DNA from: an uncultured Chloroflexia bacterium
GTDB taxonomy: Bacteria; Chloroflexota; Limnocylindria; Limnocylindrales; CSP1-4
Assembly: GCA_963775855.1 (NCBI GenBank)
Contig: CAVZKO010000008.1
Coordinates: forward strand, 116,965 to 180,964
Reading direction: 5' to 3'
Length of the DNA stretch: 64,000 nt
The notes below the pieces were generated by a model, which did not search any database, was not told where the DNA came from, and saw only the letters and a program-made list of their open reading frames with translations. The position numbers were made by a program, and so were the translations under genes. Shown piece after piece: positions 45,715-54,306 of this stretch. The first letter of the stretch is position 1; each line of letters opens with the position of its first letter.

Positions 45715-45815
45715 GAGGCCGCGAGCCTAGGCGCGGTTCCGGAACGCGGCGTGTCGCGTCCCGGTGCGTGGAACGTGTGGTCAGTCGGGCCGGCGGCCCG
45801 ACCACGACGGATGCG

Positions 45816-47483
45816 TCAGGACGCCGCTGGGATCCTGGGCTGCGCTCCGAAGCGGTTGTCGGCGCGATCGGAGGTCATTCGCTGGAAGTCGCCCTGGTCC
45901 GAGACTTCCAACGCTGCGAGGTCGATCCCCTCGGCATTCATCTCTATCGATGGCCTGGCGAGCAGGTAGCCCTGTGCCGCAGAGATTCCCAGACTTCGGA
46001 CGACGGCAAGCTGGGCAGCGGTCTCGACGCCTTCCGCGACGATCGATACCCGCCATTGTTTGGCGAGCTCCTGGAGCGCCCGCAGCACCCCGTGCGACGG
46101 ATCGTGCATCGTCCCGCCCTGGACGAGCGAGAGGTCGATCTTGACGATGTCGAAGCTGATCTCGTTCAGGAGCCGGAGACCGGCGTTACCGGCACCGACA
46201 TCGTCCGCGGCAAGGCGCATTCCCGCCCGCCGGCAGGCCTCCACGTTCTTCCGCAGCTGCTGAAGGTCCTCAACCTGTTCTCGTTCGGTCAGCTCCAGGA
46301 CCACCCGCTCGAGCGCGATCCCGTTGCGGTGGAAAATCGCCTTCAGCTCGCCGGGGTGGAACAGGTTGGACTCCAGGGTTCGGGGTGAAAGGTTGACGCT
46401 GACATACGTCTCGGCGTTCGGCAGCTCAATCCCGGCGGCGACGACCTCGAGGCAGGCGAGGTCGAGTTCGACCGTGCGGCCGGCCGCCTCGGCGGCCGCG
46501 AACAGCGAGCTGGCATCCGGGAACGGGGCACCGTCGGTCGGGCGGACGAGGCCCTCGAAGCCGATCGGTTCGCCCGTCGTCATCGAGAAGATCGGCTGGT
46601 AGACCGGTCGCAGCGCCCGCGTGGCGAGGACCGTGCCGATGCCTGCGGACAGCTCGGAGACCGAGCGATCATCGGATGCCGCGCCGTGGCGCCCGGGATC
46701 GAACCCGACGACGGCCGTCCGTCCGTGGCGTTTGCACCAGTAGAGGGCCGCGTCGGCGTTGCGATAGAGGTAGTGGCTCTCAGCGCTCGGCGCCGGGAAC
46801 GCCGATACCCCGATCGACAACGAGAACGACTCGATGGAGTCGCTCGGATCGCCGCCGTTGAGGGCCGAGGCGAGGATGCGCCGCGCGACGGCCAGTCCGG
46901 TGTTGACGTCGGAGTTCGGCAACAGGATCGCGAACTCGTCGCCACCGACGCGGAAGGCGCGGTCGCTCCGCCGCAGGATCGCCGCGGTAACCCGGCCCAA
47001 TGCCTCGAGCAGTCGGTCCCCACCGACATGGCCCTGGGTGTCGTTGACACGCTTGAGGTCGTCGACGTCGACGAGCAGCAACGACAGGGGCGTCCTCATT
47101 CGTTTGGCGTAGTCGAGCTGGCGGGCCAGCTCGTCCTGGAACGCGCGGTGGTTACCAAGGCCGGTCAGGCCGTCGATCAGCGCTTCGTGGCTCGCCCGGC
47201 CGTAGAGCTCGCTGAGCTCCCCGCGTTCGTGGTCGAGGGCCTCGGCCTCGCGCAGGATCCCGCGGGCGAGCAAGGCCATCAGCAGCGGCAGGGACACCGC
47301 CGCGACGATCAGGACGACGATCGCGGTCGTCGTTCGCGAGGAGTCGACGGGCGCGAATCCCACAACCGTCGCGACGCTCATGAGTATGCCGAACGGTCCG
47401 AGCAACGCCCAGATCAGGCGTTTTCGAATGCGATCGACCCGTCCGCTGGACCATGCAGGCCCGCCGGCGGAGGGCGTGGTCAT
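45816..47483 (-). CDS. Membrane-anchored GGDEF-EAL protein (diguanylate cyclase / c-di-GMP phosphodiesterase), apparently intact
   Basis: Inside ORF 45816..47855, from the ATG MTTPSAGG: 2 TM helices, GGDEF domain (RTPLSLLLVDVDDLKRVNDTQGHVGGDRLL...RVGGDEFAILL), EAL domain (PVYQPIFSMTTGEPIGFEGLVRP...EGVETAAQLAVVRSLGISAAQGYL). Confidence 0.8.
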   Translation of the reverse strand: MTTPSAGGPAWSSGRVDRIRKRLIWALLGPFGILMSVATVVGFAPVDSSRTTTAIVVLIVAAVSLPLLMALLARGILREAEALDHERGELSELYGRASHEALIDGLTGLGNHRAFQDELARQLDYAKRMRTPLSLLLVDVDDLKRVNDTQGHVGGDRLLEALGRVTAAILRRSDRAFRVGGDEFAILLPNSDVNTGLAVARRILASALNGGDPSDSIESFSLSIGVSAFPAPSAESHYLYRNADAALYWCKRHGRTAVVGFDPGRHGAASDDRSVSELSAGIGTVLATRALRPVYQPIFSMTTGEPIGFEGLVRPTDGAPFPDASSLFAAAEAAGRTVELDLACLEVVAAGIELPNAETYVSVNLSPRTLESNLFHPGELKAIFHRNGIALERVVLELTEREQVEDLQQLRKNVEACRRAGMRLAADDVGAGNAGLRLLNEISFDIVKIDLSLVQGGTMHDPSHGVLRALQELAKQWRVSIVAEGVETAAQLAVVRSLGISAAQGYLLARPSIEMNAEGIDLAALEVSDQGDFQRMTSDRADNRFGAQPRIPAAS

Positions 47484-47655
47484 CGTCGTCCCTCGTTTCT
47501 GCCCCGGTAGGAAGGTTGTAGGCCCCAACGGATGGGTTCGATCTGGATCGAAGGTACTAGTCAGGGCGCGGCATTGTGACCAAGGACGCTCGCCACGTCC
47601 CGGCATACCTTCATGGCCGGCCCTCTCCGGTGTGGGCCAGGAGAGCCAACCGCAC

Positions 47656-48936
47656 ATGACCCATCCCAACCCGACTCGAACCGAAACAGCGCGAACGGCC
47701 ATCCTCGCGGTCGCGATCGCCATGGCCCTCGTCCTTCTGCCCCTCACCAGCGAACACGTTGCGGCGGCAAGCTGCAACGGGGCCTCGCACCCGGCTCCGG
47801 TCCTCAGCGCCGGGAAGGCCTCGCCGGGCTCGGGCACGCCGTCGACGACCATCACGTTCTCGGTCCGCTACAAGGACAGTGCCGGCTGCCGTCCCTCGAA
47901 GGTCGATGTCGTCATCCCGGGTCGGGGGCGGTATGCGCTGACGGGCTCCGGAGCGGGCTTCGCTGGGGGTGTGACCTACTCGAAGTCGATGAAGCTGCCG
48001 GCCGGATCCTGGGGCTACCGCTTCGAGGCGACCAGCGGCAACGGGGCGGGTACCAAGTCGGTCGTCCTGAAGAAGGTCGCCCCCGGGAAGGTGGTGATCC
48101 TCGCCCCAACCCCGAAGCCGACCCCCAAGCCGACCCCCAAGCCAACCCCGAAGCCGACTCCCAGACCGACTCCGCGGCCCACTGCGAAACCAACCCCTAA
48201 GCCCACGCCGCCGCCAGTCCCCGTTGCAACTCAGGCTCCAGTCGCGACCCCGACCCCCGATGCGACGGCCGGCGCCAGTGGGGCGTCAACCGGTCCGACG
48301 CCGACAGCGTCCGCCCCGGGCCACGTCGCGGTCGGTGGCCCCGCCGGACCTGGCGGTGGCGGCGGATCGTCGGGTCCGCGCGGCGGGATCGGCGTGCGTC
48401 CGACGCCGCTTCCGGAGGCACCGACGTTCGTGTCGACACTGCGGTTCGGGATCGATCCGGGCATCGGCCTTCCCGTGTTCGCATGGTCGTTGACGACCGC
48501 GCTCGGAGTGATGCTCTTCGCTCTCGTTCTTCGCCGGCCGGCCCGCCGCGGGCAGCCGGTCGGAGCAGGCCCGATGGCGTCCACGGCTGTCTCGCCGGTC
48601 GCCACGCTCGAGGCCAACCCGGACGAGGCAAATCTGCCCCGCTGGTTGCGCCCCACGCTTCGTCAGCAGCGCCAGTGGAGCGACCGCCAGGCGCCGGCCG
48701 CGGCTCGCGAGCCGGAACGGTTCGAGTCGAGGCCGCGACCGGGGGTGGACCGACGAACGATCGGCTACCGGCTTGTCCGGTTGTCCGACGGACCGGACGA
48801 TCTCAGATCCTCGGAGATCGGTCGGCTCGATCGCGGCGACGAGGTCGAGATCATCGGTGACGTCGGCGGGTTCCTCCAGGTAAGGACGCCGAGCGGGCTG
48901 GAGGGCTGGGTGCCCCGGATCGCCATCGTCCGGTAA
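47656..48936 (+). CDS. Secreted protein with a (T/A)PKP tandem-repeat linker, a C-proximal TM helix and a C-terminal SH3b-like domain
   Basis: Inside ORF 47380..48936, from the ATG MTHPNP with an RBS GGAGAG 10 nt upstream. Signal peptide ILAVAIAMALVLLPL. Repeat PTPKPTPKPTPKPTPKPTPRPTPRPTAKPTPKPTPPP. TM helix WSLTTALGVMLFALVL. C-terminus GDEVEIIGDVGGFLQVRTPSGLEGWVPRIAIV. Confidence 0.6.
   Translation: MTHPNPTRTETARTAILAVAIAMALVLLPLTSEHVAAASCNGASHPAPVLSAGKASPGSGTPSTTITFSVRYKDSAGCRPSKVDVVIPGRGRYALTGSGAGFAGGVTYSKSMKLPAGSWGYRFEATSGNGAGTKSVVLKKVAPGKVVILAPTPKPTPKPTPKPTPKPTPRPTPRPTAKPTPKPTPPPVPVATQAPVATPTPDATAGASGASTGPTPTASAPGHVAVGGPAGPGGGGGSSGPRGGIGVRPTPLPEAPTFVSTLRFGIDPGIGLPVFAWSLTTALGVMLFALVLRRPARRGQPVGAGPMASTAVSPVATLEANPDEANLPRWLRPTLRQQRQWSDRQAPAAAREPERFESRPRPGVDRRTIGYRLVRLSDGPDDLRSSEIGRLDRGDEVEIIGDVGGFLQVRTPSGLEGWVPRIAIVR
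48106..48215 (+). repeat. In-frame 12-nt periodic tandem repeat (ccSaagccgacY) encoding (PKPT)n
   Basis: Read directly at 48106-48215: ccgaagccgacccccaagccgacccccaagccaaccccgaagccgactcccagaccgactccgcggcccactgcgaaaccaacccctaagcccacgccg. Confidence 0.7.
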
Positions 48937-48947
48937 CGCGCCGGCGC

Positions 48948-49867
48948 TCAGCCGGACTTCGACGCCCGTGGCCGCGTCCGCGCGGCGATCCGTTCCAGGG
49001 CACCTTCCCAGCCGGCGTCGAACTCCTTGCCGGGCTCGTCGAGGTCGATCGAAACCGGCGCATGGTCAGACGGGATCGGCGGCCCTTTGCGCGCCTCCCG
49101 ATCGATCTCGGCGGCGACGACGCGCTCCGCAATCGGCTTCGTGACGAGCAGGTGGTCGATCCGCATGCCGAGGTTCTTGTGGAAGTTGCCGGCCCGGTAG
49201 TCCCACCAGCTGAAGCGTCCGGTCGCCTTCTCGCGGAGCCGGTAGGCGTCGCTGAGGCCCCAGTCGAGGAGCCGCTGGAACGCCTCGCGCTCCGGCTCCG
49301 ACACGTGGGTGCCGCCATGGACGGCCCGCGCGTCCCAGACGTCGTCGTCGGTCGGGGCGATGTTGAAGTCACCGCCGACGAGGAGCGGTTCGGCCGGGTC
49401 CCGCGTCTCCTTCAGCCAGCGCTCGAGCCGCTCGTACCAGGACAGCTTGCCAGTGTAGAACGGGCTGCCGACGACGCGGCCATTCGGCCCGTAGACGCGT
49501 CACGATCCGCAGCCCGTCGATGCGGGCGCTCAGCATCCGCGCCTCGTCGAACGGATTGAAGTCCTCCTCGCTGAAGTCCTTCGTGGCACCCGGGCCGCTG
49601 TCGCGGACCGGTCCGTCGCCGAAATTCGTGACGACGTCGTCGACCTGCGATCCCCTGTCGCGTCGCAATCGCGACGCCGTTCCAGCGGCCTTCGCCGTGA
49701 TGGAGGAGGTCGTAGCCGGCCATCGCGAAGGGCATCACCGGCGCGTCGGCGTCGGTCAGCTTCGTCTCCTGGATCAGGAGGATGTCGGGCGCCGCCCGCT
49801 CGAGCCACTGGTCGACCTTCTCCTGGCGGGCCTTCAGCGAGTTGACGTTCCAGGTGGCGATCCGCAT
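48948..49867 (-). CDS. xthA: Exodeoxyribonuclease III (Xth), split over 3 frames
   Basis: N-terminus MRIATWNVNSLKARQEKVDQWLERAAPDILLIQETK in ORF 49412..49867. C-terminus in ORF 48948..49304 (WDYRAGNFHKNLGMRIDHLLVT...PSDHAPVSIDL). Confidence 0.75.
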
Positions 49868-49869
49868 GG

Positions 49870-50842
49870 CTAGAACCGCCGCCCGCGCTGCCGATCGAGA
49901 TCGAAGGCGGCGGTGTCGGCGATGGCCATGACCGCCATCGTCCCGGCCTGGACGGGGTCCGAGACGACGAGATCGACGTGTTCCGTGATCGATCCGACCA
50001 TGTTCAGCGAGATGATCGGGATGCCGACCGCCCGGATCTCGTCGGCAGCGGCGCTGATGTCGCCGCCCATGATCGAGCCGGCGAGGACGAGCAGCCGGGC
50101 GCGCGGCAGGTCCGCGACGGCGCGGACGGCGGCGGCGATCTCGGCCTCGCCGACCAGGGCGATCGTGTCGACGCTGATCCGCTCGCCGCGGAGGTTGTGG
50201 CGATCGGCCTCGCTGACGGCCCCCAGCGCGACCTGGGCGACCTGGGCCCCGCCACCGATGACGATGATCCGCTTGCCGAAGATGCGCTCGAGGGCGCTCG
50301 TCAGGTGGACCTGGCTGACGTCGTCGACGTCCTCGAGAAGCGCGACGAGGTCCGTCTCGGCAAGCCCTTCGACCTCGATCTCGATCTCGGCGAGCGGCGG
50401 GCTCCCAGCGCCGCCGGCGACCCGTCGAACGGTCGACAGGGTCCGGATCCGGCCGCCGGCCGCGGCAACTCGTGCCGCGATCGCCGCAATTGCCTCGGGG
50501 CGATCGACGTGGTCGACGCGCAGCGCGACCGCGGACGAATCGGCGGGCGTCCGCCGCGGCATCGGATCGGGCTCCGCGTCAGCGCGAGGTGATGTCGGCG
50601 ATCGACATCCGGCCCGGATCGCCGCCGGCCTCGGAGTCGTGGGCCTCGTAGGCGAGGCCGAGCGAGTCGAACGTCTCACGGGTGATCGCCGGATCGCTGG
50701 TCTCCAGCATCAGCTCGCCGTTCGTGTCCTCGGCGATCCCGACGATCCCGGCGATGTTGACGCCCCGCTCCCCGAGGGCCGTGGCCATCCGGGCGAGCGC
50801 ACCCGGCCGATCGTCGAGCTTCACCGTGAACCAGACCGTCAC
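49870..50842 (-). CDS. ACT-domain-containing protein (N-terminal ACT plus a Rossmann-like C-terminal domain), one frameshift
   Basis: ACT domain in ORF 50579..50842 (VWFTVKLDDRPGALARMATALGERGVNIAGIVGIAED). C-terminal domain in ORF 49870..50679 (KRIIVIGGGAQVAQVALGAVSEADRHNLRGERISVDT...). Confidence 0.5.
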
Positions 50843-50907
50843 CCGGGCACCTCCTGTCGGGTGATGGTACCCGGCGACGGCGCCGGCCGACCGCTACGCT
50901 CCGCGTC

Positions 50908-51309
50908 ATGGCCCCGAATCCGGCCCGTCCGGCCGCCGCGCCACGCATCCAGATCTTCGGCCTCGAGAAGGATCAGGCGACGCGAGCGGCGATCCGCTTC
51001 TTCAAGGAGCGTCGGGCCGAGGTCCATCTCGTGGATCTCCGCCGAAAGCCGATCTCGCCGGGCGAGCTGCGGCGGTTCGTCCAGAAGCTCGGTGCCGAGG
51101 CGCTGCTCGATACTGCCGGCCGGACCTACCGCGAGGCTGGCCTCGGCTATCTGACGCTCGACGAGGCGGGGATCGTCGAGCGGCTCCTCGCCGACCCGCG
51201 CCTGTTGCGCTTGCCGCTCGTTCGCTACGGCGAGGCCGTGACGGCTGGACCGGCCGAAGCGACCTGGAAGGCATGGTTCACGCCCGACCGCGCAGCCCGA
51301 CCCACATGA
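50908..51309 (+). CDS. ArsC/Spx-family (YffB-like) thioredoxin-fold protein, intact
   Basis: The 133-aa ORF follows the family pattern (IQIFGLEKDQATRAAIRFFKERRAEVHLVDL...GYLTLDEAGIVERLLADPRLLRLPLVR). Confidence 0.7.
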   Translation: MAPNPARPAAAPRIQIFGLEKDQATRAAIRFFKERRAEVHLVDLRRKPISPGELRRFVQKLGAEALLDTAGRTYREAGLGYLTLDEAGIVERLLADPRLLRLPLVRYGEAVTAGPAEATWKAWFTPDRAARPT

Positions 51310-51475
51310 AGGCGATGCCCACCACGACTGCGAGCGCCCCGAAGATGATCCACAGCGGATCGCCCACCATGAAGCTTCCGCCGCCCACCAGGCCAGTGCC
51401 CTGACCGACCCACACCGCGCCGGTGGCTACGAGGATCGCCCCGCCGATCGTACGCGTTTGGTGCCGCCGCTCCAT
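51278..51475 (-). CDS. Small membrane protein (about 65 aa, 2 TM helices), hypothetical
   Basis: Internal start MERRHQTRTIGGAILVATGAVWVGQG...LWIIFGALAVVVGIAFMWVGL within ORF 51278..51634. The rest of that ORF is AT-rich promoter DNA. Confidence 0.35.
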   Translation of the reverse strand: MERRHQTRTIGGAILVATGAVWVGQGTGLVGGGSFMVGDPLWIIFGALAVVVGIAFMWVGLRGRA

Positions 51476-51560
51476 CGAGCCTCCTTCGCCCAATCCTAGC
51501 CGGGCCTCCGTAGGTGTTGCCGGCCGTTGCGGCAACGCCCCGCTATCAACAACATCAAGC

Positions 51561-51588
51561 TTGACTTCGGTTTCGTTATCAATATAGT
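51561..51588 (+). promoter_or_regulatory. Near-consensus sigma-70-type promoter (-35 TTGACT, 16-nt spacer, -10 TATAGT) in an AT-rich islet, oriented toward the HTH gene at 51633
   Basis: Read directly: aagcTTGACTtcggtttcgttatcaaTATAGTtcatg. The intergenic stretch 51476-51632 is about 45% GC against about 70% background. An RBS GAGGG lies 5-9 nt upstream of the ATG at 51633. Confidence 0.5.
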
Positions 51589-51632
51589 TCATGTAGATAT
51601 TACTTTTCTTCCAACTCGGCCACGAGGGCTGC

Positions 51633-51938
51633 ATGGCATCGGACGGACAGAAACGATGGATCGACTACCTCCCTCCCGAGGACCTGGCCTTCCTCAAACG
51701 GTTCCTCCTCTCCTCGGGGACGCTCAAGCAACTGGCGACGGAGTATGGGATCTCCTACCCGACGATCCGGCTCCGACTGGATCGGCTCATCGACAAGGTG
51801 CGACTGATCGACGAGCACACAGAAGCTGGACCCTTCGAGCTCCGACTTCGCATGCTCTACGCCGATGGACGGCTCGACGACGACACATTCCGGACGCTGC
51901 TATTGGCTCACCGGAGCGAGGGCGGCGCCGAGCAATGA
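51633..51938 (+). CDS. Small HTH protein (DUF2089-like C-terminal HTH); GC lower than genome average
   Basis: Complete 101-aa ORF. HTH-like core LKQLATEYGISYPTIRLRLDRLIDKV. Its stop overlaps the next ATG (ATGA). Confidence 0.55.
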   Translation: MASDGQKRWIDYLPPEDLAFLKRFLLSSGTLKQLATEYGISYPTIRLRLDRLIDKVRLIDEHTEAGPFELRLRMLYADGRLDDDTFRTLLLAHRSEGGAEQ

Positions 51939-52774
51939 AGACCAGGATCGGCTGGGCGGCTGCCATCGCCGCGCTCCTGGTCTTCAACCTGCCAGGCATC
52001 GTCGCAGCCGAGGAACCAATGATGGAGATCGATTGGGCTGCGCAGGCGCCCGCCTCCGGTCAGGTGATCGACGGGAACGTGCGGCTGTCGGCGGACCCTT
52101 CTGGCGGCCTGTTCCCGCTGATCGCGATCGACGCCCCGGACCTTGGACGAACAGGGTTCGCCGTCCGTGGCCGCGTTCGCTACAGCGACGTCGTCGGCAG
52201 CGCTTACCTCGAGATGTGGAGCGTGTTTGCCGATGGCAGCCGCTACTTCTCGCGGACGCTCGGAACCGACGGGCCCATGGCCGTCCTGACCGGGACGTCG
52301 GATTGGCGCTCGTTCGAGTTGCCGTTCTTCCTCGAGGGAGCGGCTCCTCCGACTCGGCTCGAGGTCAATGTCGTCTTCCCGGCGTCGGGGACGATCGACG
52401 TCGGACCGCTCGAGGTCGTTCGATTTACGGAAACAGGTGTCGGCGCCTGGCTGCCGGATCGAGCGGTGGGTGTCATCGGGGCGGTCCTTGGATCGACGAT
52501 CGGCCTGCTCGGTGCCCTCGTCGGCGTACTCGTCAGTCGCAACCGCGGGCGGCGCTTCGTGCTGCCGGCCATGACCGTCGCCACGGCTCTCGGCGTCGCG
52601 CTGATCGTCGCATCCATTGCCGCGATTCCAGCGGGCCAGCCGCCCGGCGTGGTGCTCCTTCTGTTCGTGGCCGGCGCGATCCTGGCCGCGGCCTTCGGCG
52701 CTTCGCTCCCCAGAGTGAGGCGAGCCTACGCGGAGGCCGAACTGCGGCGAATGCGCGCGATGGACCACGCCTGA
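51935..52774 (+). CDS. Secreted protein with a C-terminal double-TM anchor (about 279 aa), unknown function; coupled to the upstream HTH gene
   Basis: Inside ORF 51527..52774, from the ATG MKTRIGWAAAIAALLVFNLPGIVAAEEP (signal peptide). A roughly 150-aa extracytoplasmic domain, then two hydrophobic helices (AVGVIGAVLGSTIGLLGALVGVLV; AMTVATALGVALIVASIAAI...LLLFVAGAILAAAFG). Confidence 0.55.
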   Translation: MKTRIGWAAAIAALLVFNLPGIVAAEEPMMEIDWAAQAPASGQVIDGNVRLSADPSGGLFPLIAIDAPDLGRTGFAVRGRVRYSDVVGSAYLEMWSVFADGSRYFSRTLGTDGPMAVLTGTSDWRSFELPFFLEGAAPPTRLEVNVVFPASGTIDVGPLEVVRFTETGVGAWLPDRAVGVIGAVLGSTIGLLGALVGVLVSRNRGRRFVLPAMTVATALGVALIVASIAAIPAGQPPGVVLLLFVAGAILAAAFGASLPRVRRAYAEAELRRMRAMDHA

Positions 52775-52823
52775 CCAACCAGCTGCCGAAGCGGGCGCGG
52801 GGGCCTGCTGGCATGCTACGGCG

Positions 52824-53706
52824 ATGAGCGATCCGAAGGCCAACCGCGGCGAGTCCGCCTCGTCGACTCCAGAGGCCGATGCGGGTCAGGGCGCCGGTGC
52901 GGCGGTGTCCGGCTCGAGCCCGTCGCCGCCGGAGCGGCGCAGCGGCCGCATCGTCATGCGGCGTGACGCCGCGGAGCGGATCGGCAAGCCCAAGGCGACC
53001 GAGGACGAGCAATTCCTCGAGCGGGCACCCGCCGGTCGCCCCGACTTCGTCGACAGCGACCCGTGGCGCGCCCTCCGGATCCTGTCGGAGTTCGTGGAGG
53101 GCTTCGACGCACTCGCTGCCGTGGGCCCGGCCGTCACGATCTTCGGCTCGGCCCGGGTTGCCGATACGGAGCCGACCTACGAGCTCGCCCGAACGATCGC
53201 CCGCAAGCTGGCCGAGAGCGGGTTCGCGATCATCACCGGCGGCGGCCCCGGGGTCATGGAGGCGGCGAACCGCGGCTGCCGCGAGGGCGGCGGGCTGTCG
53301 GTCGGCTGCAATATCGAGCTGCCGCACGAGCAGGGCCTCAACCCGTACGTCGATCTCGGCGTGGAGTTCCGCTACTTCTTCGCTCGCAAGACGATGTTCG
53401 TGAAGTACGCCGACGCGTTCGTCATCCTGCCGGGCGGCTTCGGGACGCTCGACGAGTTGTTCGAGGCACTCACGCTCATCCAGACGGGCAAGGTCCGCGA
53501 CTTCCCGGTTGTCCTCGTCGGGAGCGGCGTACTGGAAAGGGCTGCTGGAGTGGATGCGCGACGTCCAGCTGCCGGCCGGCGCAATCGCCGAATCAGACCT
53601 CCATCTTCTGCAGCTGACCGACGACGCCGACGAGGTCGTCCGCATCGTCCGGGCCTACGCCGCGCGAGCCCACGACGACATCCCGTCGGAGTCCGAGCTG
53701 CGCTAG
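52824..53706 (+). CDS. LOG-family protein (TIGR00730, cytokinin riboside 5'-monophosphate phosphoribohydrolase-like) with an N-terminal extension; frameshift near 53530
   Basis: ORF 52824..53735: AVTIFGSARVADTEPTYELARTIARKLAESGFAIITGGGPGVMEAANRG...VGCNIELPHEQ...MFVKYADAFVILPGGFGTLDELFEALTLIQTGK. C-terminus in ORF 53509..53706 (YWKGLLEWMRD...). Confidence 0.7.
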
Positions 53707-53743
53707 CCGACCGGGGTCCTGTCGTGGCGAGCTGACGCGAGAG

Positions 53744-54225
53744 CTAGCCCGGCAGGGCGACCTCGATCCGGCCGTCGACGACCCGAACCGGGTAGTAGCG
53801 GAACCGGCGGACCCGGGTCAGGCGGCGGGCCTCCGCCTTGAGGCCGGGCGGGTCGGTCTTCGGCGGCAGGCCGGCCGGCGACCACGTCGGGTGGTAGACG
53901 CCGTCCGGATCGAGCCCGCCCGTCGTCGGCATCCGGACCGGATCGCCCGAGCAGAGGTCGAATTGGCCCTCGTGCAGCGGGCAGGCGACGACGCATCCGT
54001 CGAGCTGCCCGATCGAGAGCGGGCGCCGCCATGTGCGGGCACCGATCGTCGACGGCGACGATGCCATTCGGGGTGTGGGCGATGAGGATGTCCAGGTCGC
54101 CCTCGGGAGACGCGTCGCATCGCCCCGGGCGGCAGCTCGTCGGCGTCGAGCACCGCCTCGAAGGGCGCATCGGCGGTGCCGGGCGCGGCGAGTCCCGCGG
54201 GGATGGGGGCGGGTACGGGGGTCAC
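53744..54225 (-). CDS. Rieske [2Fe-2S] ferredoxin-like small protein, frameshifted; last gene of the marR-MFS operon
   Basis: Start MTPVPAPI (ORF 53818..54225). CPHMAAP (ORF 53703..54170) and CPLHEGQFDLCSGDPV...YYPVRVVDGRIEVALPG (tail of ORF 53744..55465) give the CxH...CxxH Rieske pattern. Confidence 0.5.
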
Positions 54226-54306
54226 GCCGGCGATCGTAGCGCAGGAACGAACAACGGCCCCGGCTCGAGGTCGAGCCGGGGCCGTTGCCGAGAGGAGGAG
54301 CGAACG

